A DNA stretch of 64,000 bases, taken from a bacterium (GTDB lineage: Bacteria; RBG-13-61-14; DATKZS01). Every line of letters starts with the position of its first letter. The stretch's first letter is position 1. Positions 20,355-29,537 of the stretch are shown in pieces. The stretch covers positions 480,001 through 544,000 of the forward strand of contig CAXXFL010000005.1 in assembly GCA_963674965.2 (NCBI GenBank). The letters run 5' to 3'. The notes under the pieces were generated by a model that was not told the DNA's origin, ran no database searches, and saw only the letters and a list, made by a program, of their open reading frames with translations. A program made the position numbers and the translations under genes.

Positions 20355-21143
20355 TTGGGCTTTTACAAGGACAAGGTGGTGCTTATAACCGGGTCGGCCA
20401 GGGGCATCGGCCTGGCGGCGGCCAGGCTGATGGGCGGCCGCGGGGCCAGGGTGATAATCAGCGACATTATCGAGGACGTCCTCGAGTCGGCCCGGTCCGA
20501 GCTCGAGGCCGCGGGGGTCGAGGTCCTGGCGGTGAAGGCGGACGTGACCTCGCCCGGGGACTGTGAGGCCCTGGTGGCGGCGGCCGCCGAGAGGTTCGGA
20601 CGGCTGGATATCCTGATCAACAACGCGGGCATAAGCATAGTTGATTACCTCGAGAACCTCCGGCCCGAGACGGCGAAAAAGATCGTGGACGTCAATATCA
20701 TGGGTTGCGTTTACATGACCATCGCCGCCCTGCCCGAGCTAAAAAAGACCAGGGGCCAGGTGGCCTTCGTCTCAAGCGTGAGCGGGATAAGGAACATTCC
20801 CACCGCCTGCATGTACGGATCGACCAAGGCTTTCCTCCGCAGCTTCGCCGAGTCCATACGGCTCGAGCTGAAGCCGATGGGAATACACGTCAGCGTCATC
20901 AGCCCGGGCTTTGCCACCACCGACCCCAACAAGACGGTCATGCGCGGCGACGGCTCGGCCCGGCCCATCGACCGTCCCCCCCACAGCACCCCCGAGGACG
21001 TGGCGCGGGAAATGGCCCAGATGATCGAGCGAAAGGAAAGGGAGAGGGTCACCACGCCCCTGGGCAAGGCCACCCTCGCGCTCGAGAGGCTAAGTCCGAC
21101 CCTCCTGGACTGGATACTGGCCGGACGCGAGCTTAAGAACTGA
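20355..21143 (+). CDS. Short-chain dehydrogenase/reductase
   Basis: TGSARGIG, NNAG, YGSTK; GGAGG RBS before TTG at 20355. Confidence 0.92.
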   Translation: MGFYKDKVVLITGSARGIGLAAARLMGGRGARVIISDIIEDVLESARSELEAAGVEVLAVKADVTSPGDCEALVAAAAERFGRLDILINNAGISIVDYLENLRPETAKKIVDVNIMGCVYMTIAALPELKKTRGQVAFVSSVSGIRNIPTACMYGSTKAFLRSFAESIRLELKPMGIHVSVISPGFATTDPNKTVMRGDGSARPIDRPPHSTPEDVAREMAQMIERKERERVTTPLGKATLALERLSPTLLDWILAGRELKN

Positions 21144-21229
21144 TCGATAAGGCGGGATGAGCGGATGAGACGCGGCATTCCCGGACCATCCCCCAATCTC
21201 GCCCCGGCGAGGAAAAGTGGAAGGAACAA

Positions 21230-22549
21230 ATGGAAAATAACCCGGACTTAAGCGCGGCCCCCGGCGGCAAGAAAAGCTACGGCCAGGGCGGGTGGGGCGC
21301 CCACGCCATCCTCATCACCCTCTCCATCATCTATCTTTCCGATTACGCCGACCGCTTCGTGCATTCCAGCATGATTAGCTTTATCAAAGCGGACTGGAAT
21401 ATTACCGACACCCAAGCCGGATGGCTTCTATCAATAGTCCTCATTTTTATAACGATTTTTTCCCTTCCCGCCTCGATACTCATCGACCGCTGGAGCAGAA
21501 GAAAAATGGTCTCGATAATGACGTTTTTCTGGAGCATTGCCACTCTGGCCTGCGCCTTCAGCAACAATTATTGGCAGCTTCTGACCGCTAGGGCCTTCAT
21601 CGGGATCGGAGAATCCGGCTATGCCCCCGCCGGCACCGCCATGCTCAGCGCGGCATATCCGGAGAAAAGACGCGCCTTGGTTATGGGGATATGGAACCTA
21701 TTCATTCCACTTGGCATGGGCATCGGAATCGTGGCGGGAGGCATTATCGCCAAACGTTGGGGATGGCAGCACGCCTTCGGACTGGTGGCCGTTCCCGGAA
21801 TGCTCCTTGCCGTCGCCGCCTGGTTTCTGCCGGATTATAAAACCGTAAAAACGGAAAATGATTCGTCGGAGACGAAGCTCAGCTTAAGAAATGAATTAAA
21901 AAAGTTCATTGCCAACCTGAAAGTAATCTTCAAAACGCCTTCTCTTGTTTTCACGTATCTTGGCTTCGCCATGAACGTTTCCATCACTACGGCTCTCTCG
22001 CAGTGGTTATCAAGCTATTTCGAAAGGACCGGCATGGTTAAGATGGGGCAAGGAGGCACGCTGGCTATGCTGATATTGGGTCTCGTCGTCTTCGGCTCAC
22101 CCCTTGGCGGCGTGTTGTCGGACGTTTGGCATAAAAGAAAGAAAGAGGGAAGGCTTTATCTTCCGGCCGTCACCAGTCTCATGTCGGCGGGGCTTTTATT
22201 CATTGCCTTCCTCTTCCCGGGCAAGATGCTGCCCCAGTTCCCCATGCTGCTCCTCTTCGGCATCGTGCTCACCTGCTTCATCGCCCCCGGCATATCGGTC
22301 ACCCAGGACGTGGTCCATCCCGGGCTCCGGGCCTTCAGCTACGCCATGTGCGTCATCGTCCAGCACATAGCGGGAGACGTGTGGTCGCCCGTTATCGTGG
22401 GCAAACTCAGCGACATGATCGGCCTTGACCGGGCCGTGCTCTTCGTGCCCCTCTACGGGGTGCTCGCCTCCATGTTCTTCTTCCTGGCCTCGAGGTACTA
22501 CCGCCGCGACGCGGAAAACATCGAGAAAATCGAGCTCGAGGCCGAATAA
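21230..22549 (+). CDS. MFS transporter (spinster-like)
   Basis: YADR, LIDRWSRRK motif A, RAFIGIGES; about 12 TM segments. Confidence 0.92.
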   Translation: MENNPDLSAAPGGKKSYGQGGWGAHAILITLSIIYLSDYADRFVHSSMISFIKADWNITDTQAGWLLSIVLIFITIFSLPASILIDRWSRRKMVSIMTFFWSIATLACAFSNNYWQLLTARAFIGIGESGYAPAGTAMLSAAYPEKRRALVMGIWNLFIPLGMGIGIVAGGIIAKRWGWQHAFGLVAVPGMLLAVAAWFLPDYKTVKTENDSSETKLSLRNELKKFIANLKVIFKTPSLVFTYLGFAMNVSITTALSQWLSSYFERTGMVKMGQGGTLAMLILGLVVFGSPLGGVLSDVWHKRKKEGRLYLPAVTSLMSAGLLFIAFLFPGKMLPQFPMLLLFGIVLTCFIAPGISVTQDVVHPGLRAFSYAMCVIVQHIAGDVWSPVIVGKLSDMIGLDRAVLFVPLYGVLASMFFFLASRYYRRDAENIEKIELEAE

Positions 22550-23360
22550 TTCCCGAGCGTCCGGCGAGGGTCCGGGTCACACGGGAGCGTCCGTAACCCT
22601 GGGCATGAGGTCAAGAAGGACCCGAGCGCGGCGCAATTTTTCCCTCCAGGAAGACGGCCTTATTTTCCCGGGCCTTTCCTCGTTTGCGCCGTCCCTTCGG
22701 GACTCATTTTTTGTCACCGACTTCTCCCAGGGTTTCGGCCGCCGGTCGCGGCCGGCTTATTTATAGATGATTGGCCTCTCCAGGCTTTGGGCATGAAGAG
22801 GCGGCCCCATCGATGGGGCGGGCGGTTCAAATCGGGAAACGGGATGGAATAGAGCGGGCCTCGCTGGTGGCGCTGGCGACAACGCGCCGTACGCGTGAAT
22901 GAGGCCGGTCCGAACCTTGAATAATGGCGCGCTCGAGGAGCGACGTTGAATAGATGCCTGGGACGTCCCGCTTAAAGAAATCCCGCGCCGACTTGACGGG
23001 CTTGCTCATAGATTCGCCACCCAGTCCGGGTAGCTATCTGGCAGCCGAAGGCGCGGGAAAGGGGCGACAGTCAGCCGTGAGCGTGTATATCGATCTAAAG
23101 GCTTTCGCGTCTCCATCCACTGATTGTCCTACCTCTCCTTATCTTCACGTCGGCCGAAGACGTGAATTGATTTTGTCAATTACCCATCTCGTCGCGGCTT
23201 GACAAACGCCCAGCTCCCTATGCCCGCCCATGTTGCCATATACTACGGATGCTCTCCGCTTGAAGATGCAAATCCATGTCATATAATTAGGCGAGGCGTA
23301 AACTCGTCCGTTTGGGGCGGGAGGGGGCGCTAAAGTCGTGGGGAATGGTTCGGGGAAGTT

Positions 23361-24755
23361 ATGGAGAACTTTAGAATACTTATAATCGACGACGACCGGG
23401 ACATGGCCAGGTCTCTACGGGAGTTCCTCGAGAGGCGGTCTTATTCGGTCTGGACGGCGGCGAGCGGGGAGGAGGGCCTGTCCCAGGTGGGCGTCCGCTC
23501 CTTTGACGCGGCGCTTTTGGACATCCACCTGCCGGGGGCCGACGGCATCGAGGTTTTGGGGCTGATCAAGAAGCAAGTCCCCGACCTGCCGGTGGTGATG
23601 ATGACGGCCTACGCCTCGATCGACACGGCCGTGTCCGCCCTCCGCCTGGGCGCGACCGACTACATCATCAAGCCCTTCGAGCCCGACGAGATGTTCAGCA
23701 TCCTCGGACGGCTGGCCGAGCGGAAAGAGTTGATCGACGCGAACCAAGAGTTCATCCGGGCGGCCAAGTCCGATTACGACTTCGATCACATAGTTACCAA
23801 GGACCCGGGTTTTCGGGAGATACTCGAGGCGGTCAAAAAGATCGCCAATACGGACGTTCCCGCCCTGATCATGGGCGAGAGCGGCACGGGCAAGGAACTG
23901 GTGGCCCGGGCGCTCCACAACAACTCGGCCCGGGCCGCCCGGCCCCTGATCGCCGTCAACTGCGCGGCCATCTCTCCCACCTTGATCGAGAGCGAGTTCT
24001 TCGGCCACGTAAAGGGGTCCTTTACGGGCGCGGTGGGCGACGCGAAGGGCTACATCGAGCGGGCTGACAAGTCCACTCTTTTCCTGGACGAGATAGGCGA
24101 GCTTCCCCCCGAGCTTCAGGCCAAGCTCCTCCGGGCCATCCAGGAGGGCCAGATTTGTCGGGTGGGCGAAAGCCGGCCGATAAGCGTCGACGTCCGCTAC
24201 GTCGCGGCCACCCAGCGGGACCTGGAGAAGGAAGTCGAGGAGGGCCGCTTCAGGAAGGACCTTTATTTCCGGCTGAACCTTTTCACGGCCAAACTGCCCG
24301 CTCTGCGGACGCGGCCGGCGGACATACCTCTTTTGGCCGAGTATTTTCTGGACGGGTCCACCCGGCGGGGCATGAGCATTGCGCCCCAGGCCATGGAGAG
24401 ACTTATGAATTACAAGTGGCCGGGAAACGCGCGCGAGCTGGAGAACGTCATTCAGCGCTCCTCCATCCTGGCCAAGGACAAGGTCATTACCGTCTCGGAC
24501 CTACCCTTTCACGCGGACCGCGACCGCTCCGGCTACGCGGCCTTCTTTCCGGCGGATGCATGGGATTACAAGGAGGTCGTAAAGAACGTGACGGACGTGA
24601 CGGCCCACGACCTTATTTCAAGGGCCCTTTTGGTCAACAATGGCAACGTCTCCGCCGCGGCCAGGTTTTTGGGCGTGAGCCGGCGCTTTCTCAACTATCG
24701 GATCAAGGAACTGGCAATCAGGGGCGCCAAGTCGGACGCGGGGGAGGAGGAATGA
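23361..24755 (+). CDS. Sigma-54-dependent response regulator (NtrC family)
   Basis: Receiver domain, GESGTGKE, GSFTGA, FLDEIGE, WPGNARELEN, C-terminal HTH. Confidence 0.95.
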   Translation: MENFRILIIDDDRDMARSLREFLERRSYSVWTAASGEEGLSQVGVRSFDAALLDIHLPGADGIEVLGLIKKQVPDLPVVMMTAYASIDTAVSALRLGATDYIIKPFEPDEMFSILGRLAERKELIDANQEFIRAAKSDYDFDHIVTKDPGFREILEAVKKIANTDVPALIMGESGTGKELVARALHNNSARAARPLIAVNCAAISPTLIESEFFGHVKGSFTGAVGDAKGYIERADKSTLFLDEIGELPPELQAKLLRAIQEGQICRVGESRPISVDVRYVAATQRDLEKEVEEGRFRKDLYFRLNLFTAKLPALRTRPADIPLLAEYFLDGSTRRGMSIAPQAMERLMNYKWPGNARELENVIQRSSILAKDKVITVSDLPFHADRDRSGYAAFFPADAWDYKEVVKNVTDVTAHDLISRALLVNNGNVSAAARFLGVSRRFLNYRIKELAIRGAKSDAGEEE

Positions 24756-26677
24756 TGACTCTATCCCGCCTCCTGGTCTTGTTCGCCTTGCCTTGCTTTC
24801 TTTTCGCGTCGCTTTCCGCCCGGGCGGACGGGGGCGACGAGGAGGGCGTGCTCTTTCCCGGTTCGACCGTTTCCGTGCCCGAGGTCCGCGCCCACCGCAT
24901 TGACGAGTCGCCCTCCTCGGTGACCGTGATAAGCGGCGAGGCCATCCGCCGGTCCGGGGCCTTGACCGTTCCCGAGGCGCTGTCCCTCTTGCCGGGCGTT
25001 GACCTGATGAGGCTTTCCGAGGCCGGGCCTCAGTTGTCCATCCGCGGGTTTAACGGCTACTCCTCGAACAAGGTCCTGGTCATGCTGGACTCGAGGCCCC
25101 TATTCAACCTGGCCGACGCCTCGGTGGACTGGAACTTAATTCCCGTCTCGGTGGACGATATAGACCGGATCGAGCTGGCCAGGGGACCGGGATCGGCCCT
25201 CCACGGCGAGAACGCCTTTTTCGGCGTCATCAATATCATCACCAAGTCCGCCGGGAAATCCGAGAAGTCCGCCGCCGCGGGAGGGGGCTCGGGCCCGAGC
25301 GCGAGAGTTTACGGCGCTCTGGCCGGAAAGGGCGTCCGGGCGTCGGTCGAGGCGCTCGAGCTGGACCGCTTCGATGAAGCCTCGTCGGACCTTCCCAACA
25401 CCTACCTCGAGAGCGAGGGGGTCTTGCCCATCGCCTCGAGGACGGCCGTGCAGCGGGGCTTTTTGAAAACAGAGCTGGCCAACGAGAAGGCGAGACTGAC
25501 CTTATCGGGAGGAATGGCCAGGGCCGAGAACAAGGGCCCTGAAGTGGAGAACGTGGACCGGGCGTCCTTCGCCTCGGCCGAGCTTTGTTTTTCCGCGGCC
25601 CGGATCGATTTTACATCCAGCCTGAGGGCCGGCTACCAGGACCGGTCCGCGGACGGTAACCAGGCCTTTCCCGATGGCCCCTACCGGGACTCACTCCGGC
25701 TCGACTACGAGATGCAAGGGTCGTCCCGTCCCTTTTCCGACGACCTTTTAATGGTGGGCGCCCGTTATTCCCATCAGCAAATAAGGGACGAGGTCTACCT
25801 CGGGGAGGACAAGGACAAAAGCCGAGACGTGGCCTCGGCCTATCTCGAGAACCAGTTCGCCCTTTTCGAGAGGTCCCTGTACATAACCGGCGGCCTTCGC
25901 CTTGACGGATACCCCGAGGTGGGGGATGTCCTGTCGCCCCGGGCCGGGGTCATATGGATGATCTCGAGCGAGCAGGCCGTGAAAGCCTACTGGGGCCAGG
26001 CCTTCCGGAGCCCGACCCTGTACGAGTTATATGGGGTGGACGACGGCATGGACCCCATAATTTTCCTGGGCAACGCGAACCTCGAGCCGGAGCGGATATC
26101 GAGCGTCAACCTGGATTATATATATAACGACCCCGGCCGACTCGAGCTGGCGGTCAACCTCTTTTATCACGATATCAAGGACCTTATCGTCTACAAGCAG
26201 GTTTACTTGACGCCCAGCCGCCGCGCGTTCCAACTGGACAACGAGGAAAAGGCCCTGGCCTACGGCGGCGAGTTCGCGGCCCGAGTCCATATCGGACGGC
26301 GGTTCGAGGTCTGGGGCAACTACAGCTACGACCACGCCGTTTACGAAAGGGTCGGCGAGACCATCGAGGCGCCTTTTTCGCCCAGGCACAAAGGCCATAT
26401 TGGAGTGGACCTGGACGGACAAAGATGGAACGCCTCGGTCTGGACCTCCCACGTGGGCGGCTATACGGGAGTCAGTCAAAACTCGCCCTTTACCGACCGG
26501 ATCGACGTGAACGGATACAGCTACGCCTGCGCCAGGTGCGAGTTCTTTCTTACCGAGCAATTGTCGATCAGCGCCATGGCCGGTGACGCCTTTGGTAAGG
26601 GCCATTACGAAAGCCCTATCCACGCTCCGGTCATGCCCTATTACTTCATCTCTTTGTCCTGGCTGGACGTGAGGTAG
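24752..26677 (+). CDS. TonB-dependent receptor
   Basis: Start at ATG 24752 (overlaps the upstream stop); signal peptide, plug motifs SIRGFN, IDRIELARGPGSALHG, NLEPE. Confidence 0.9.
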   Translation: MMTLSRLLVLFALPCFLFASLSARADGGDEEGVLFPGSTVSVPEVRAHRIDESPSSVTVISGEAIRRSGALTVPEALSLLPGVDLMRLSEAGPQLSIRGFNGYSSNKVLVMLDSRPLFNLADASVDWNLIPVSVDDIDRIELARGPGSALHGENAFFGVINIITKSAGKSEKSAAAGGGSGPSARVYGALAGKGVRASVEALELDRFDEASSDLPNTYLESEGVLPIASRTAVQRGFLKTELANEKARLTLSGGMARAENKGPEVENVDRASFASAELCFSAARIDFTSSLRAGYQDRSADGNQAFPDGPYRDSLRLDYEMQGSSRPFSDDLLMVGARYSHQQIRDEVYLGEDKDKSRDVASAYLENQFALFERSLYITGGLRLDGYPEVGDVLSPRAGVIWMISSEQAVKAYWGQAFRSPTLYELYGVDDGMDPIIFLGNANLEPERISSVNLDYIYNDPGRLELAVNLFYHDIKDLIVYKQVYLTPSRRAFQLDNEEKALAYGGEFAARVHIGRRFEVWGNYSYDHAVYERVGETIEAPFSPRHKGHIGVDLDGQRWNASVWTSHVGGYTGVSQNSPFTDRIDVNGYSYACARCEFFLTEQLSISAMAGDAFGKGHYESPIHAPVMPYYFISLSWLDVR

Positions 26678-26680
26678 TTC

Positions 26681-27622
26681 ATGCGGACGGCGGCGAAAAT
26701 CCTCGCCCTTTTGGCCATGCTCATTATGGCCCCACCCGGGAACGGGGACGCCTCGGCCGCTTCCGGCGGAAAGCCTCGGGTTTTCGCCATCCTTTCAAGC
26801 GGGGCCAAGCCTTATCAGGACCATTTGGAGAGGTTCAAGCTCCGCTTCTCGGGGTCCGTCGATGAGGCGGTCCTCCCTAATAACGCCGCCGACCTGGAGA
26901 AAAAATTGAGGCGTGATCCTCCCGATCTAGTGCTCGCCCTGGGACCGGCGGCGGCCAGGTTCGCGAAAGGGACCGACCTTCCCGCGCCCGTTTTGTTCGC
27001 CATGGTTTACGACCCGGCAAAGCACGGACTAGCCGCGGGGGAATCCATTTGCGGAATCGAGCTTAAAGTCAGCCCGGAAAAGACGCTCGAGGCCCTGGAA
27101 ACGGTCCTTCCCTCCGGCGCGGCCAGAACCAGGGTGGGCGCGCTGGTCCGGGAGGGAAGCGACCCGAGCGAGGCCGAGGCCCTGCGAAAGGCGCTCGAGG
27201 CCGGCGGCTACCCGATTTCCATCGAGGGCCTGTCCACGCCGGAGGAGTTGCCCCGAGCGCTCGAAAATCTGTTGGCCAGGATCGACGCGCTCTGGCTGCT
27301 CATGGACCCTGGTCTCATATCCGAGCGGCAGTACCTGGACCTGGTGTTGAACGAGTCCCTTGACCGCAAGGTGGCCGTCATCGGGCTCTCGGACGAGCAC
27401 GTCAGGATGGGAGCGCTTCTCGCTACGTCGGTCGATTATTATTTGGAGGGAGACCACTCGGCCCGCCTGGCCCGGGAAATTCTGGAGGGAGCGGACCCGA
27501 GGCAGATCGGGGTCCAGCCTCCTGAGAACGTAATCTGGTCCCTCAACCTGAGGGTGGCGAAGGAGATCGGGCTTAACGTTCCGCCCCTCAGTCGAAAGCG
27601 TTTCGAGAAGGTGTACCAATGA
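26681..27622 (+). CDS. ABC_sub_bind-like periplasmic binding protein
   Basis: Signal peptide, PVLFAMVYDP, GALLA, LNLRVAKEIGLNVP. Confidence 0.85.
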   Translation: MRTAAKILALLAMLIMAPPGNGDASAASGGKPRVFAILSSGAKPYQDHLERFKLRFSGSVDEAVLPNNAADLEKKLRRDPPDLVLALGPAAARFAKGTDLPAPVLFAMVYDPAKHGLAAGESICGIELKVSPEKTLEALETVLPSGAARTRVGALVREGSDPSEAEALRKALEAGGYPISIEGLSTPEELPRALENLLARIDALWLLMDPGLISERQYLDLVLNESLDRKVAVIGLSDEHVRMGALLATSVDYYLEGDHSARLAREILEGADPRQIGVQPPENVIWSLNLRVAKEIGLNVPPLSRKRFEKVYQ

Positions 27623-29040
27623 AGCTCGGGACGTCCGACATGAGCCTTGGCGCCAAGTTCATCCTGGCCTCGGTGGCCGTGATCGTTATAACCACTTCCC
27701 TTATGTGCCTTTTGGTGCTGGACCGGTTCAGGGGAGAGCTGGAGGACGGCGTTGACATGCGCGCCCAGGCCCTGGCCGGCCAGTTGGGCGCCCTGGCGCG
27801 GCTTCCTCTCCGGGCGGGCGACCGGGAGAGCCTGGACAAGATAGCGAGGGACGCCCTTTTAGTGGAGGACCTGGTGGCGGTCGAGTTCAAGGGCGTTGAC
27901 GGCGAGACCCTGGCCAGTGTGGTCCGCCCGGATATCAAGGCCGGGCGCTCGATAACCAACGCCTATCCCGTTTTCCGGCGGGGAAGCGAGTTCAAGGACG
28001 AGATCGACCTTTTCACGGGCGACGCGGTGGAATCGGAAATGGAGGAGGTGGGCAAGGTCACCCTCGAGTTCAGCCTCGCCTCCATCGACCGGGCCGCCGC
28101 CAGGATGAGGGCCCGGATTTTCTCCGCCGCCGCAATTCTGGCGGCCGCGGCCATCCTGGTCAGCGTCCAGTTCGCCCGCCGTTTCACCGATCCCATCAGG
28201 AAGCTGATGGAGGGAGTGGAGAAGATAGGCTCGGGCGGCCTGGACCAGGAGATCGAGGTGGGAGCGGGAGGAGAGATCGGGGCCCTGGCCGATCACGTCA
28301 ACCAGATGTCTCGCGACCTCAGGAAGTCGGTGGACCAGATGATCCAGCAGGAAAAGATGGCCACCCTGGGCAGGATGGCCTCGTGCGTGTCCCACGAGAT
28401 AGGCTCTCCCCTTAACTCGATCATGTTCTCGGCCGCCAATATTATCGAGGAGGTACAAGATGGGCCGGCCAGGGATAACGCCGAATCGATAGCTCTCCAG
28501 ACTAGGCGGATGAGGGACACCATCCGGAACCTGCTCGATTACGCTCGGGCCCCGTCGGACGCGGCCGAGGAGGTAAACCTGGCCCGGGCGCTTGATGAGG
28601 CCCTTTTGGTGCTCGCCGCTCCCATTAAAAAGGCCGGCTTCACGGTGGAAAAGGATTTGCCCCTTTCCTTGCCGCGCGCCCTGGCGGTGAAGAACCTTTG
28701 TGTCCAGGTTTTTATCAACGTGGTTAAAAACGCCATGGAGGCCGCGGGGCCGGACGGCAAAGTCGTAATACGGGCCCGCGCTCTGGATGGAGATGAAAAT
28801 GGAAAGCCGGACATGATCGAGGTCTCCCTCCAGGACAACGGCCCCGGCCTACCTGGCGAAGAAATTGCGAAAATTTTCGAGCCCTTCTATACCAGCAAGC
28901 CCGAGGGGCAAGGGACCGGGCTGGGCCTTACGGTCTGCGCCCAGATCATGTCGAGTCAGGGTGGAAGCATTCGGGCGGAAACGGCGGAGGGGGAAGGCTC
29001 GATATTTTACCTCGAGTTCCAGGCGATCGAGGAATCGTGA
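27619..29040 (+). CDS. HAMP-domain sensor histidine kinase
   Basis: Two TM segments, HAMP, SHEIGSPL H-box, NAMEA, DNGPG, GTGLGL. Confidence 0.95.
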   Translation: MKLGTSDMSLGAKFILASVAVIVITTSLMCLLVLDRFRGELEDGVDMRAQALAGQLGALARLPLRAGDRESLDKIARDALLVEDLVAVEFKGVDGETLASVVRPDIKAGRSITNAYPVFRRGSEFKDEIDLFTGDAVESEMEEVGKVTLEFSLASIDRAAARMRARIFSAAAILAAAAILVSVQFARRFTDPIRKLMEGVEKIGSGGLDQEIEVGAGGEIGALADHVNQMSRDLRKSVDQMIQQEKMATLGRMASCVSHEIGSPLNSIMFSAANIIEEVQDGPARDNAESIALQTRRMRDTIRNLLDYARAPSDAAEEVNLARALDEALLVLAAPIKKAGFTVEKDLPLSLPRALAVKNLCVQVFINVVKNAMEAAGPDGKVVIRARALDGDENGKPDMIEVSLQDNGPGLPGEEIAKIFEPFYTSKPEGQGTGLGLTVCAQIMSSQGGSIRAETAEGEGSIFYLEFQAIEES

Positions 29041-29061
29041 AAAAGTTCATTTTAAGGATAT

Positions 29062-29248
29062 GAGCTTCTTGCAAAAGTCCTTTTCTTTACGGCATAGCCG
29101 CTTTGGAGTGCTCTCGCTTGAGACCGCTTTCGATGGCCTTGGCTTGACAAGGCCTAATAATACGCTGGCTTGCCTCGCGTCAAGCCGCTCGGAAGAAAAG
29201 CGGCGTCGAACCGCCGCACTCCTAAAGCGGGAATTTTGCATGAGGCTC
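29062..29248 (+). mobile_element. MITE-like element, copy 4
   Basis: GAGCTTCTTGCAAAAGTCC ... GGAATTTTGCATGAGGCTC; flanking direct repeat GATAT (29057-29061, 29249-29253). Confidence 0.9.
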
Positions 29249-29332
29249 GATATGTTCCGCTGATGACTGGACTTGATTTTAACGGGAAAGGGCTTTGTCT
29301 GGAGGAAATTGTAACCAACGGCGCACATAACC

Positions 29333-29427
29333 GCGCACGATTGTGCGCAATGATAAGACGTTGATTTATTTTAATAATAGTGGAAAACTCGGCCAAAGCG
29401 GAGTGAAAACTGTACACCATCGTGCGC
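29333..29427. promoter_or_regulatory. Candidate enhancer (activator-binding) sites
   Basis: GCGCAC-N4-GTGCGC palindrome at 29333-29348 and variant GTACAC-N4-GTGCGC at 29412-29427. Confidence 0.5.
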
Positions 29428-29500
29428 GCTTTGCCGTTCGGTATAATCAGGTGAAATATTTTCCTCTTATAAATCAGGTACAAACAAGTTTGGCATTTCC

Positions 29501-29516
29501 TGGCACATCGATTGCT
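29501..29516 (+). promoter_or_regulatory. Sigma-54 (-24/-12) promoter
   Basis: TGGCAC-ATCGA-TTGCT, consensus match, 21 bp before ATG 29538. Confidence 0.85.
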
Positions 29517-29537
29517 ATTAAAAGGGGCAAGGAACGA

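Noticed and set aside
24155-24751. N-terminal 199 aa of the 840-aa ORF
   Set aside because: Overlaps the regulator in another frame; the signal peptide begins at ATG 24752
29343-29537. N-terminal 65 aa of the 917-aa ORF
   Set aside because: Contains the sigma-54 promoter; the RBS and signal peptide point to ATG 29538
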